From Candidatus Iainarchaeum sp. (GTDB lineage: Archaea; Iainarchaeota; Iainarchaeia; Iainarchaeales; JAAZKV01): 64,000 bases of DNA. The DNA lies in the NCBI GenBank assembly GCA_026397015.1, contig JAPLVR010000003.1:64001-128000 (forward strand). Direction: 5' to 3'. A model generated the notes under the pieces. That model searched no databases. It saw only the letters and a list, made by a program, of their open reading frames with translations, and was not told where the DNA came from. Position 1 is the stretch's first letter. Every line of letters begins with the position of its first letter. Both the position numbers and the translations under genes were made by a program. Shown piece after piece: positions 9,548-19,727 of the stretch.

Positions 9548-10969
9548 ATGCTAAGGGAAGATAGCGCGCTTAAAGGGGCTGATTTTGAGTCAAAAAAAAT
9601 CGAATATTCGAAGAAGATTAGTGAGTGCTACAGCGGGGAAATAGTTTCACGCAGGGACGAACTTTTTCTCCTATTGAACCTTCCTGAAATGAGTGAAAAG
9701 GAAAAAAATTTGTCCGGAAAAATCCTTGAAGAATTGAAACAATCCAGCGCAAAAATAGAATCAAAAAAGGACGTTTATTTTTTTCTAAAAAACTATTGCA
9801 TGGAAAATCTCATCCTCCTCAATAGGACGCAAAGGGAAAAAATAATTCTTCTGCTGGAATGGGAATCGCTCGGGCAAAGCATACTGACCCCTCTGCTAAG
9901 GGACCCGGATTTTGAGGAAATAATAATCAACGGGCCGAATAAGGAAGTGATGGTTTATCATTCCACATTCGGGTGGCTTAAAACAAATGTTCTTTTCGGG
10001 TCTGAGGAAAAGATAAAGAGCATCGTGAATAAGATGGCGGCACCGCTCGGAAGGCAGCTTAGTTTTCATACGCCGATGGTGAATGCGGTTTTGGCAGACG
10101 GTTCAAGGCTGAATGCCTCAATTTATCCGATTGCGTTCACGGGAATAAACGTGACAATAAGAAAATTCAAGGAAAATCCGTTGACGCCGCTGAATATAAT
10201 AAATTCTGAAACAATAAGCCGCGATGCGATGGCTTTTTTATGGTTGGCGATGCAAACCTCATCCTCGATTCTCATTTGCGGGAACACCGGTTCGGGAAAA
10301 ACAACGACCCTTAATTCTCTTTTCTGTTTTCTTCCGCCGAAGGAGAGAATAATAATTGTGGAAGAAACGCCGGAGCTGGCGCCGCCCCAGCACCACTTAA
10401 TAAAAATGAATACCGCGGAAAAACTGAAAATCGGTTTGGAGAAACTGATTGAAAACACTTTCAGGATGCGGCCGGACAGAGTAATTGTGGGCGAGATAAG
10501 GGGGCGGGAGGAAGCGAAAGCTTTTATCGACACGATGCTTGCCGGACAGGCAAGGGGAAGCTACTGCACCTTTCACGCCGAGAGCGCGAAAGAAGCGATT
10601 GAAAGGCTGCTTTCATTCGGCATAGAGGAAAGGGCGCTGGCTTCCCTTGATTTGATAATTGTGCAAAAAAGGCAGGAAAAAATAGGAAAAAACGGGGCAA
10701 GGAAAGAGGAAAGAAAAGTTACGGAAATAAGCGAGGTTGCAATCGGAGAAACAGGAACACAGCTTAACACCCTTTACTCTTTTTCCTATGAAAAAAACCG
10801 GCTTGAAAAGAAAAACGATTCAAAAAGGGTTTTAGAAAAAATAAAACGCACGTTTTCAACAAGCGAAAGTGGAGTGAAAAAACTGCTAAAAGAAAAAGAA
10901 AGGCTCCTGAAAAATCTGCATCCTGAAACGCCCTTTAAGGAATTTTTTGAAATAATTGGAAGGGAATGA
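9548..10969 (+). CDS. Type II/IV secretion or type IV pilus assembly ATPase (CpaF/VirB11/FlaI family)
   Basis: Motifs TIRKF, Walker A GNTGSGKT, EE Asp box, MRPDRVIVGEIRG and TFHA. Confidence 0.93.
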   Translation: MLREDSALKGADFESKKIEYSKKISECYSGEIVSRRDELFLLLNLPEMSEKEKNLSGKILEELKQSSAKIESKKDVYFFLKNYCMENLILLNRTQREKIILLLEWESLGQSILTPLLRDPDFEEIIINGPNKEVMVYHSTFGWLKTNVLFGSEEKIKSIVNKMAAPLGRQLSFHTPMVNAVLADGSRLNASIYPIAFTGINVTIRKFKENPLTPLNIINSETISRDAMAFLWLAMQTSSSILICGNTGSGKTTTLNSLFCFLPPKERIIIVEETPELAPPQHHLIKMNTAEKLKIGLEKLIENTFRMRPDRVIVGEIRGREEAKAFIDTMLAGQARGSYCTFHAESAKEAIERLLSFGIEERALASLDLIIVQKRQEKIGKNGARKEERKVTEISEVAIGETGTQLNTLYSFSYEKNRLEKKNDSKRVLEKIKRTFSTSESGVKKLLKEKERLLKNLHPETPFKEFFEIIGRE

Positions 10970-10983
10970 AAAATTGAAAAGGA

Positions 10984-11802
10984 ATGAGAAAAATGAAATC
11001 TCCTTTGGAAAAAATATTGAAAAAAAATGCGGCGATGAGAGAAAGGGAGCTGGAAGCGCACAAATCGCGGAGCATGCGGCTCAGCATTTTCATCAGCCTG
11101 TTTATATGGCTCATAATAGGCGTGGTTGAAAAAAATATTCTAAAATCCGGAGCAATCGCGCTGATTGCCGCAATCTTGCTGTTTGCAACATTTCTCTCTC
11201 TTCCTGTTTTGAAGAAAAGGGCGCACGCAAAAAAAGTCGAGGCAGAACTTCCCCTTTTTCTCCTTCAACTCTCAACCGAAATAAAAATAGGAAAAAGCTT
11301 TCTGGAAGCGCTCAAGGACTGCACGGCACAAAACCTGAATGAGAAAAGAACGAGAAAAAATCTCTGCGTTGCGGATGAATTCGGAAAAGTTGTCGCAGAC
11401 ACGGAAAAGGGAGCAACATTCCAGGAAGCATTGAACAATATGAACAACAGGATGGAATCGCTTACGATAAGGCGGGCGTGCAGCAGCCTTTCAAACCTTC
11501 ACCTGCAGGGAAAAAAGGATGTTGATGGATTGAAAAAGCTCGCGCAGGAACTCCTGTTGAAGCAAAAAATCGAGAGCCGCGAATTTTCAAGCAAAATGGT
11601 TGTTTACGCGCTGGTTTTTGTGGCGGTTTCGGCGATTGTGCCGGCGATGTTCCAAAGCTTCATACTTATCGGAAGTTATTTCATGAAAATTTCCTTCACC
11701 CCCGAACAGGTTTTTGCAATAATTGTGGTTTTTTTCCCTGCGGTCGACATTGCAATACTTTCAATAATAAACTCAAAGACGCCCGCATTTCTTCGACAAT
11801 AA
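10984..11802 (+). CDS. T2SS-F/TadB-like membrane platform protein
   Basis: ELPLFLLQL...GKSFLEAL and GATFQEAL motifs, several TM helices, directly downstream of the ATPase. Confidence 0.85.
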   Translation: MRKMKSPLEKILKKNAAMRERELEAHKSRSMRLSIFISLFIWLIIGVVEKNILKSGAIALIAAILLFATFLSLPVLKKRAHAKKVEAELPLFLLQLSTEIKIGKSFLEALKDCTAQNLNEKRTRKNLCVADEFGKVVADTEKGATFQEALNNMNNRMESLTIRRACSSLSNLHLQGKKDVDGLKKLAQELLLKQKIESREFSSKMVVYALVFVAVSAIVPAMFQSFILIGSYFMKISFTPEQVFAIIVVFFPAVDIAILSIINSKTPAFLRQ

Positions 11803-11833
11803 TTCCGAGACTCAAAAAGTCTGAGGCTTAAAA

Positions 11834-12766
11834 ATGGACGCGAATGTTTTTTTCAAACGGGCGATTTTATTTTTCTTCGAAAAAAACAGGGTTAAAAATT
11901 TTGAAGAAAAACTTTTCATGAATAATTCAAAAATGAAAAGCCTCACGGGATTTATCGAATACTCTTTGGTTGAAGGAATATTCCTGATGATTGCGGCGAT
12001 GGCGCTGGGCGCAAAATTTTTCGGCACAGCGAGCATTGCGCTCGGCCCATTTGCTTTTTTTCTGCCATTTGCTTTGAACTACCTGTTTCAGGACATAAAA
12101 TTTGAAAAAAGAAAACTTGCGAAGGAAAAGCTGCTTCCTGATTTGCTGCTGGAGGCGAGCGTCTTCTGCGACGAAACATCCTTTATTGGAACAATAAAAC
12201 GCCTTGCAAAACAGGATTTTCCGCTGCTAAGAGAAGATTTTGAACGCGCGGCAGCGGAAATATCCAACGGGGCGAGCGCCGAAGAAGCGCTTGAAAGAAT
12301 GAAGGCGCTTAACAAGAGCGAAGCATATTCAAGAGTGATAGGGCTTTTGCTGCAAGGGTACCATAGCGGAGCAGAAATGTCAAAAATTTTCAAGGAAACG
12401 GCAGAGGACCTGCTTGAAACGCACGCGATACTGCGCGAACGCCAGGCTGTGATGCTGGTAAACAAGTACACGCTCATACTCGCTTCAGGAATAATTGTCC
12501 CCGCTGTAATCGGTTTGATTGTCGGGCTCGTTTCAGGATTGAATTTTGATTCCATGGGCGAACTGAGCCTCGGGCTCTCGATTGAAACCAGGAAAAAAAT
12601 GCTCTCATTCGCGACGCTCGGGACAACAATTTACCTCGGCGAATATGCCCTGCTGAGCTCTTTTTTCCTGGCGCTTCAGGAGGGAAACAAAAAACAGTTC
12701 TGGGTTTATGCGCTCATACTTTTGCCGACAGCGCTGGGAGTCTTTTATTTTGCAAAAGGCTTGTGA
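11834..12766 (+). CDS. T2SS-F/TadC-like membrane platform protein
   Basis: LPDLLL, EISNGASAEEAL and GYHSGAEM motifs, with TM helices. Confidence 0.85.
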   Translation: MDANVFFKRAILFFFEKNRVKNFEEKLFMNNSKMKSLTGFIEYSLVEGIFLMIAAMALGAKFFGTASIALGPFAFFLPFALNYLFQDIKFEKRKLAKEKLLPDLLLEASVFCDETSFIGTIKRLAKQDFPLLREDFERAAAEISNGASAEEALERMKALNKSEAYSRVIGLLLQGYHSGAEMSKIFKETAEDLLETHAILRERQAVMLVNKYTLILASGIIVPAVIGLIVGLVSGLNFDSMGELSLGLSIETRKKMLSFATLGTTIYLGEYALLSSFFLALQEGNKKQFWVYALILLPTALGVFYFAKGL

Positions 12767-12882
12767 AATACCCTTGTGAAATGATAAAACTCGCTGTCGG
12801 TGCTGTCGCCACCACCGCCGCCGCAAAAGATTTATTAAGAACCTAAATCATTCTAATATTGCAAAAAATCTGGGTGAAAAAA

Positions 12883-13638
12883 TTGAAGGCAAAAAAAAAT
12901 CTTTGCGGCTGCAATTGCGGCGAAAGAGCTGAGTTTGTTGAAACGAAAAATGTTTCGCTGAAAGGGTACACACTGCTCGAAGGTTTCCCTGGGCTCGGGC
13001 TCGCTGGAACGATAGGCGCGAAATATATCGTGGAAAAATTAAAATTTGAGCAAATAGGCTACGTCGATTCAAATCATTTTGCGCCTGTAGTAAGGATAGA
13101 GTCGGGCGTGCCGATGCACCCCGTTAGAATTTATGCAAGCAAAAAAAATAAGCTGGTGGTAATCCTTTCAGAACAGATAATTCAAAAAGAGATGATGGCG
13201 CCGATTGCAAGGGCGCTTGTCGAGTGGATAAAAAACAAGGGAATAAAAAGAGTAATTTCAACTTCCGGAATAAAAACTGAAGAGCCGACAAAAGTTTATG
13301 CGTTTGCAAGCAACGAAGCGTCAAAAAAAACCATAAAAAAAGGCGAGATAAAAATAATAAAAAACGGGATAACTTCGGGCGTCACGGCGCTGATAATGCT
13401 TTACCTGAAAGACAACAACATTGACGCTTTCTGCATTCTCGGCAACACAAAAACCAGCACGGATTACAACGCGGCGGTCGAACTGATAAAAACAATAAGC
13501 AAATTAACAAATTTGAAAATAGATGTTGAACCGCTGTCGAGGGAAGCGAAAGTTGTAAGGGAGTCGCTTGTTGAGCACATCAAAATGGCCGAGGAAAAAT
13601 CGGGCTCTGGCGACGACCAGGCGCCGATGTACATTTAA
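12883..13638 (+). CDS. PAC2 family proteasome assembly chaperone
   Basis: Motifs EGFPGLGLAGTI and PVRIY, with a C-terminal HbYX-like PMYI. TTG start chosen after a GGTGA RBS. Confidence 0.88.
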   Translation: MKAKKNLCGCNCGERAEFVETKNVSLKGYTLLEGFPGLGLAGTIGAKYIVEKLKFEQIGYVDSNHFAPVVRIESGVPMHPVRIYASKKNKLVVILSEQIIQKEMMAPIARALVEWIKNKGIKRVISTSGIKTEEPTKVYAFASNEASKKTIKKGEIKIIKNGITSGVTALIMLYLKDNNIDAFCILGNTKTSTDYNAAVELIKTISKLTNLKIDVEPLSREAKVVRESLVEHIKMAEEKSGSGDDQAPMYI

Positions 13639-13774
13639 CCTTTAATCAAACCTGAGTTTTTGAAATTGAACCGCCTTTATTCGACGAAAAATTAAAAAAA
13701 CAATTGCTGCGTTCGCCGTATGCATTTCTTCTTACCGAAAAGTTTATTTAGCCAAAAGCACTTCCATGTAGCAA

Positions 13775-14203
13775 ATGAAGCCGAAAGTATATTGGGCTGT
13801 TGCGCTAATAGTGCTGGTGCTGTTTGCCTTATTTAATTTTTTGAACGCAGAGACAAATATACCCATCGACGAATTGGTATTATTAAGCTATATCGAACTA
13901 ATAATTCTTGTAATTGGCATTGCCCTTTTTTCTTTGAAAAATAAGTTTGGATTTTACTTGGCTTTACTTTTTGTAGCATGCCACATAACTGTTACTGCTT
14001 TTGCTTTGACAACATTCTTTTTTAACCTTCCAGACATTTTGGGGGTTGTACAACTGTATCATTCAGGCCCAGTTTCAGAATGGATTTTTTCTACTCTTGC
14101 GCCGCTTGTTTCCTTGAACATAGGAGGTAGCATAATCCTGCTCGTGACCACATTAAAGAGCAAATCTGTTTTTGGTATAAAAAAGATTCTCCATTTTAAA
14201 TAA
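13775..14203 (+). CDS. Hypothetical 4-TM membrane protein
   Basis: Four hydrophobic segments; upstream AAAGTTTATTTA promoter-like box. Confidence 0.65.
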   Translation: MKPKVYWAVALIVLVLFALFNFLNAETNIPIDELVLLSYIELIILVIGIALFSLKNKFGFYLALLFVACHITVTAFALTTFFFNLPDILGVVQLYHSGPVSEWIFSTLAPLVSLNIGGSIILLVTTLKSKSVFGIKKILHFK

Positions 14204-14293
14204 ACAAACCAAAAAAACTTACAAATCCAAAAAAATTTTAGACATTACAAAAGAAGCCATTTTCACTAACTAAAATTTGGAAACTGCAATTAA

Positions 14294-17200
14294 TTAGACT
14301 TTTCTGTATTTTTTTGTTCTTCTGCCGGCGCCGGCCTTTCTCGTGAATATGAACGAAACCAGCAGGAATACTGAAACGAAAATTATTAGGCCTGCCGCCG
14401 TTCCCGGAACGGAAGGAATATTCATTCCGGAACCCGTTGAAGAGCCGACATTGAATGTCATCGGGTTCTTTCCCTCTCCTGTTATTTTTCCGTCTGTTCC
14501 GCTGAAATAAACTCCGTTGTCCTTGAAACCCTGATTTAGAGGAATTATGTTTCCATTTTCAGGGTACCACTTGCCCGTATTTGGGTCATACCAAAATGAG
14601 CCGTTTGTGCCCTGGGCTGAGAGCAGAGTTTCCGGAGTGCCGTTGTTGTAAGTTAACTTCGGAACGCCATTCTCGGCATCGAATTTCAAAGTATGGCTTT
14701 TTCCGTCAACAGTATCAAACACGAGCGTTCCATCATCCAGTTGTTTTATGCCATCAACGCCGCCGACGATTTCGGAATCCTCAAGGATTTTTCCTGTTGC
14801 CTTATCCCTTCTCCTGAAATAATCTTTACATTCGCCGGACACCGGGTCAACCTTTGAGTAGAATTCGTAAATGTATTTGTCGGTAGTGAATTGTGTGAAA
14901 GGGCCGAGTTTGTCCATTGATAGGTTGAAGTTGCTTACTTTCATCTGGCCCAAATCGTCGTTAGGGTAAGCCAGCGCTTTAAAATCTATTGCGGGAACAG
15001 GGCATTGCGTTTCCGGGTCGATGACCGATGTTTTCGTTGCTGTCAACCCCGCAACGTCTTTTGAATCAAGAACAGAGTCCTTGTGCTGTCTCAGCCAAAC
15101 AATCAGCTCGTTTGTTTCAGGCTTCAGGACAATTACTCCGTGTTCGAAATTCATTGAAACGAATTTTCCAATCTGGCTTAATTGTCCGTTGGTAGAAAGT
15201 TTTGTCTGCCAAAATCCGTCTATCAAAATTTTTGAATCGGAGCCCTGTGCTGCTTGTCTCGGCGCCAATCCTTCAAGGCTAATCTGCCCGTTTTCTATAA
15301 AAATTCCGCTGTAGTCAGCGGTTTTCAAACTCTCAAGTTTTCCGAACACCTGCGTGAGCTCGTCGCCCGAAAAAGGGATTCCAACCTGTTCCTCGACAGC
15401 TTTTTGGATACAGCTAAGCACATCCGCATAAGTTACTTTCACTTCGCCGTTTATATTTATTTCAAATACTATGGCATCCGTTTCTGGCGCGCCGACTCTT
15501 GTAACGGTTTTTGGCACGACGATTCCAGGAATCCTGGCGTCGGGCGGATTTGTGGCAAGCCTTACATTATCCGCCTTTGTTGAGGGAACAATAACTTTTC
15601 CGTTGTATGTTATTTCCCCTGTTTTGTTGTCGATTCCCACTGCATTGTTCCCATCAGTATAAACCAGTTTTCCTTCAGTCGGGTACCCTGCAGCCATCGT
15701 AAAATCTTTATACCAAATGTAAAATACGTCCTTCCCAAGAAGGCTTCCCTTGTTCGGCGGAGCAAGCAGCATGGACGCCTGCAACAGGTTTGCCTTTTTC
15801 GCCTGTTCGGAAAAGTTTGCAAACTGGTTTTTCAGCTTGTCCATCGCCTGTGAAACAAGATTTCCGCCCGATGCAGCATCGGTTGATTTTTTTGAAACGG
15901 CGTCGTTAATATTTTCGGCAAATTTTGAAACTGTATCCGTAAGTGTTTCATTTGAAATGAGTTCTTTTGTTTTTCCGGCAACATATTTTTCTGTTGGCGG
16001 CATATAAAAATGAATGTAGTACCCTTCGGCATCGTCTACGCAGTCTTTCAATTTTGGCGCTAACGCCAGCTGCTGAATTCCCGACATTAAAAGCCCGGCG
16101 CCGGGATGTATGAAGTATGCAAGATTTTCCGCGCCCGCAAGAACCCCGCCCGAAGCAGTGCCAAACATCCCCAAATTCGCCCAGCCGATTCCGATTTCCC
16201 TCAATTTTTGGTCGCAGGTTTCGCTCTTTGTCCTGCCGTCAACCAAATTTATCTGACCGCCTTCTATATCTCCGCTCTGCCCTTTTATGTTTGAGTGATG
16301 GGTGTATGCAACTATGGTTGAACCGTCCTTTGATTTTTGTTCCGAATCAACAGCTTCAACCAAAAATGCCTGTAATTTTTCAGGCGCCCTAAAGCCGCCG
16401 AACATCAAATAATCACCTTCGGACTGCATGTTTGAGACACAATCGACGCAGTTCTCGTTGTGGGAGAAGAAAGCGAGGTCCTTTACTGAGTCGCGCATTA
16501 TTGCGTTCTTGCCGAACAAACTGGCGCCAAGCCCGCCTTCACCGGAGATGGACGAAACTATTTGGCTTGTCGTCTTGTTATTTGCGGCAAGCTTATCAAC
16601 AGCCATGCTCTTCCAAGGCAGCCAGTTTATTACTTTTGCAAACATATCCCCCTGGTCGGAGCCTTCATTCGCGAAAAAGTCGATGAACGAATCCCTATAA
16701 ATTTTATCTACTCCCTGAACAATATCCATTTTTGTCCATGTGTCGGGAAGCATGTATGCTGAAATATCTTCGTACCCGAAACCGCGTTTCGCATTCCAAT
16801 AAACTATGGGAAGCAGCGTTCCCTTATAGAGCCCTCCCGTGAGAGGCTGTGTGAAATATTCTGTCAGCATGTTTTCCTGCGCGGCAAATTGTTTGTCCAG
16901 CCAGCTCGCGGACCTGCGCGGCTTGAAATTCTTTTCCGCCATCGCGTTCATAAGCTCCTTCATGTTGTTTTCCGCTGCGTTGTAACGCTTCATCATTCTG
17001 CCTTGCGCAATACTGTTTGCGAATTGTTCAGGCGTGAGCTTCTGAGCCGGCACATATCCAGCGCCATAAACCGTAATTGAAGGGGGAAGCTGCGGATTGG
17101 TTGCAAGAGTTTTAAGTGAATCTTCGGTCAGTGGGTATAATGTCCCATCATTTAGTCTTATTGCGGTTTGATTTGCACCCTGTGTTTTGACCCATCTTTC

Positions 17201-18985
17201 CAGATCTGTAAGAGGCACATTTTCCTTCAAAACTTTTTCGGGAGATATTTTATACAACTGCAATGCGCCGTCCTGTGTCGCTTCAAATGTGGCAGAACTT
17301 GGATTTTTATACCAGCTCGCCCAGTTTCCTGTTCCATCTTTGTAACCAAACTGTTTCGTAATTTCTTTCATGTTAAAGGACTCGGAATCCGCCACCGAAA
17401 TAAATCCTTGATCGGGTAAGGAACCGTTCTTTCTCAATGACACCCCCTCAAAGCCAAAAAGAGAAGCCCTTTCTTGTGTCCACTCCGGGACATCGAGCCT
17501 CACATAATCATCCCACGCGTTGCCCATATCGGCAAGCCGCCTTCCAACATCAACCACTGCATCTTCGTACTGCTTTTTCAGCATTGCATCGGCAGGATTC
17601 GCCATATGCGCGGCATTTAATACATCAAGGGTTTTTCTCCACTCCGTTGCCGAAACATTGCTTGTCTTAACGTAAGAGTAAAGCGGCTGCAAATCATCAA
17701 AGAGCTTTTCTTTTTGCGTGGCGGTAAGCTTCATTATCGGCGAACCATCCTGCATTGCTTCGCTCACAAATCCGCCGGCACCGTTTGAAAATAATTTCTT
17801 GTTGATTGTCAAATCCTCAAGGATTTTTCCGAAGCCGTCCCTCTGAACATTAGGATAATATTGACTCATCTTTTCTATCCCGACTAATTGCGCAGGCGTT
17901 TCTTTTATTCCGCTTACCGTTTTTGAATACAAATTGTTGAGCTTGCTGAAAATGGTTTTTCCCTGAAGCTCGGGGAAAGTTCTTATTCCGACCGCTTTCA
18001 TCAGCTTTCCAGCCTGGCTCACGAGGGTCGGGCCGATATTGAAAACAACCAAGTCGGTTGAGAACCACGCGTTATAATATTTGTCAAATCTTGAATATGT
18101 GCTTATGGTACAATTGCTGTTGGTGCAACTGGTAGCGCTTTTTGCGGCGTAGCTCTCGGTCGCGATTGAATTTTTTATCTGATTGGAGGCAAGCACTTTT
18201 CCGACGGTAAAACCGTCCGCATTTACATCATCAATATTGCTCATTATCTTGGTTTGATCTTCGCTCGACAGATTCGCCTTAATTTTTTCAACCGGGTCTA
18301 AGATGGATTCTCCCGCACTCTTAAAATAAGAAGTGAAGCCGACGCCGCTTGTTCTGTACATTAATCCTTCACCATATATCTTGCAGTCCGCGGTCTTCAA
18401 ATCCTTGCATCTTCCAACCCTCAAAGTATCATCCAGAACAAATCCAATTCCCCACGGACCCTTTATGATATGGTTGGAAAAAAAGTTGAATCTGTCAGCA
18501 GGAGTCATCTCATTGTGCGGCTTGTTCGACACTGCATTCTTTCCGTCACTGCTTTCTCCAATAAGCATGAGGTCGTCAAGCTTCTTGCCCGGCTCATTAA
18601 CATCCTGGCCGTCGCCTATTTTTTTTCCGTTAAATCCGTCACTAGTAATGTTCATTATTGCCTTGGATTCTTTCGGCGTAAGGGAAGACATGACACATGC
18701 TTTGCCGTTCGAGTAATCGATTCCTTCAATATTTGAGGAACCCGGAGTGTTCGTGTCTGTTATAGGCACGTTGGTGTCGCTGGCGAGTGACGCCTTTTCC
18801 GCCAAAAAAGAATTCGAAATATCACTGCCATTTGTGCTATTTTCTTTTATACCGCCATAGTCACTGAAATCGCGCGCATACGCCGCGAATGCCGGCGAGC
18901 TCATGAAAAGTATCATTACAACGAATGCGGCGAAGAAGCCGCCGAAGAAATGTTTTGCGTTGCCTTCACGAACCATTACCCGCAC
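14294..18985 (-). CDS. Large (1563 aa) secreted, C-terminally anchored hypothetical protein
   Basis: Signal peptide ending SSPAFA, paired cysteines, an internal Gly-rich hydrophobic segment, and a C-terminal IPSVP + TM helix + basic tail. Confidence 0.85.
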   Translation of the reverse strand: MRVMVREGNAKHFFGGFFAAFVVMILFMSSPAFAAYARDFSDYGGIKENSTNGSDISNSFLAEKASLASDTNVPITDTNTPGSSNIEGIDYSNGKACVMSSLTPKESKAIMNITSDGFNGKKIGDGQDVNEPGKKLDDLMLIGESSDGKNAVSNKPHNEMTPADRFNFFSNHIIKGPWGIGFVLDDTLRVGRCKDLKTADCKIYGEGLMYRTSGVGFTSYFKSAGESILDPVEKIKANLSSEDQTKIMSNIDDVNADGFTVGKVLASNQIKNSIATESYAAKSATSCTNSNCTISTYSRFDKYYNAWFSTDLVVFNIGPTLVSQAGKLMKAVGIRTFPELQGKTIFSKLNNLYSKTVSGIKETPAQLVGIEKMSQYYPNVQRDGFGKILEDLTINKKLFSNGAGGFVSEAMQDGSPIMKLTATQKEKLFDDLQPLYSYVKTSNVSATEWRKTLDVLNAAHMANPADAMLKKQYEDAVVDVGRRLADMGNAWDDYVRLDVPEWTQERASLFGFEGVSLRKNGSLPDQGFISVADSESFNMKEITKQFGYKDGTGNWASWYKNPSSATFEATQDGALQLYKISPEKVLKENVPLTDLERWVKTQGANQTAIRLNDGTLYPLTEDSLKTLATNPQLPPSITVYGAGYVPAQKLTPEQFANSIAQGRMMKRYNAAENNMKELMNAMAEKNFKPRRSASWLDKQFAAQENMLTEYFTQPLTGGLYKGTLLPIVYWNAKRGFGYEDISAYMLPDTWTKMDIVQGVDKIYRDSFIDFFANEGSDQGDMFAKVINWLPWKSMAVDKLAANNKTTSQIVSSISGEGGLGASLFGKNAIMRDSVKDLAFFSHNENCVDCVSNMQSEGDYLMFGGFRAPEKLQAFLVEAVDSEQKSKDGSTIVAYTHHSNIKGQSGDIEGGQINLVDGRTKSETCDQKLREIGIGWANLGMFGTASGGVLAGAENLAYFIHPGAGLLMSGIQQLALAPKLKDCVDDAEGYYIHFYMPPTEKYVAGKTKELISNETLTDTVSKFAENINDAVSKKSTDAASGGNLVSQAMDKLKNQFANFSEQAKKANLLQASMLLAPPNKGSLLGKDVFYIWYKDFTMAAGYPTEGKLVYTDGNNAVGIDNKTGEITYNGKVIVPSTKADNVRLATNPPDARIPGIVVPKTVTRVGAPETDAIVFEININGEVKVTYADVLSCIQKAVEEQVGIPFSGDELTQVFGKLESLKTADYSGIFIENGQISLEGLAPRQAAQGSDSKILIDGFWQTKLSTNGQLSQIGKFVSMNFEHGVIVLKPETNELIVWLRQHKDSVLDSKDVAGLTATKTSVIDPETQCPVPAIDFKALAYPNDDLGQMKVSNFNLSMDKLGPFTQFTTDKYIYEFYSKVDPVSGECKDYFRRRDKATGKILEDSEIVGGVDGIKQLDDGTLVFDTVDGKSHTLKFDAENGVPKLTYNNGTPETLLSAQGTNGSFWYDPNTGKWYPENGNIIPLNQGFKDNGVYFSGTDGKITGEGKNPMTFNVGSSTGSGMNIPSVPGTAAGLIIFVSVFLLVSFIFTRKAGAGRRTKKYRKV

Positions 18986-19558
18986 CTATAAAACTGCGCC
19001 CGAAGTAATTAATATTACTAACGGAATAGCCTTAATCTTGCCGTAAAACGTAAAAATGAACATGCCAAGCAAAGCCCAGTCGAAAAAGAACAAAACGAGG
19101 ACCAAAAACAGCGCCGCCGCGCCGAAAATTCCTATCAATTGCTTCAGCAATTTTGGGGAACGCGTTTTCTCCTGTACCGAAATTATCAGGCTTGCGACAA
19201 ACTCAAAGAACAAAAGCGCAAGCGCAATTACTACCGCTGAAAAAGCTATTCTTGCGCCGTCAAACAAAACAATCCCCATGTTTTCGAAAATAGTCAGTTG
19301 CGCTTCTTCGTCAACAGGAACTCCTCCGGCGGCGCCGATAAAAAGAAAGTAAAAATAAAAGAACATGAGCCACAGGAACACAACCGCAAAATTCAGCACA
19401 ACGCATGCCTTTATCCAGCTAAGGGAATGCTTTTTCATGAGCCTTTCAAGAAGCGGCTGGCCGAGTTTGTAAGCCACAAAGCCGATTACTCCGAGCGGAA
19501 CCAGCAGCACAAAAAAGTCTATAACCGCCTGAAAAAGGTTCATTGACAGGGGATCCAT
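18986..19558 (-). CDS. Hypothetical multi-TM membrane protein, abutting the 1563-aa gene
   Basis: Four to five hydrophobic helices; the stop codon abuts the next gene's GTG start; a TTATATA promoter lies upstream. Confidence 0.75.
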   Translation of the reverse strand: MDPLSMNLFQAVIDFFVLLVPLGVIGFVAYKLGQPLLERLMKKHSLSWIKACVVLNFAVVFLWLMFFYFYFLFIGAAGGVPVDEEAQLTIFENMGIVLFDGARIAFSAVVIALALLFFEFVASLIISVQEKTRSPKLLKQLIGIFGAAALFLVLVLFFFDWALLGMFIFTFYGKIKAIPLVILITSGAVL

Positions 19559-19727
19559 CGTTCTCAAAAAAATTAATGCATATAGTAATATATAAGCGTT
19601 CCTTTGAGAGCCTGCGCTGTTTCAATTCGGGCGGATTTGCCGCGGCTCCGAAGGAAAAAACCAACAAAAAGTAATAAATACTCGCGCGCCCAAATAGTAT
19701 CAAAGTTTATTGTCCCAAAACAATTGA

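Noticed and set aside
9548-12766. Archaellum (FlaI/FlaJ) operon
   Set aside because: No archaellins, FlaH or FlaF/G are nearby, and the platform is split into two Tad-like genes.
19600-19655. GC-rich hairpin with faint similarity to 62150-62185
   Set aside because: The similarity is too short and gapped to support a repeat or ncRNA family.
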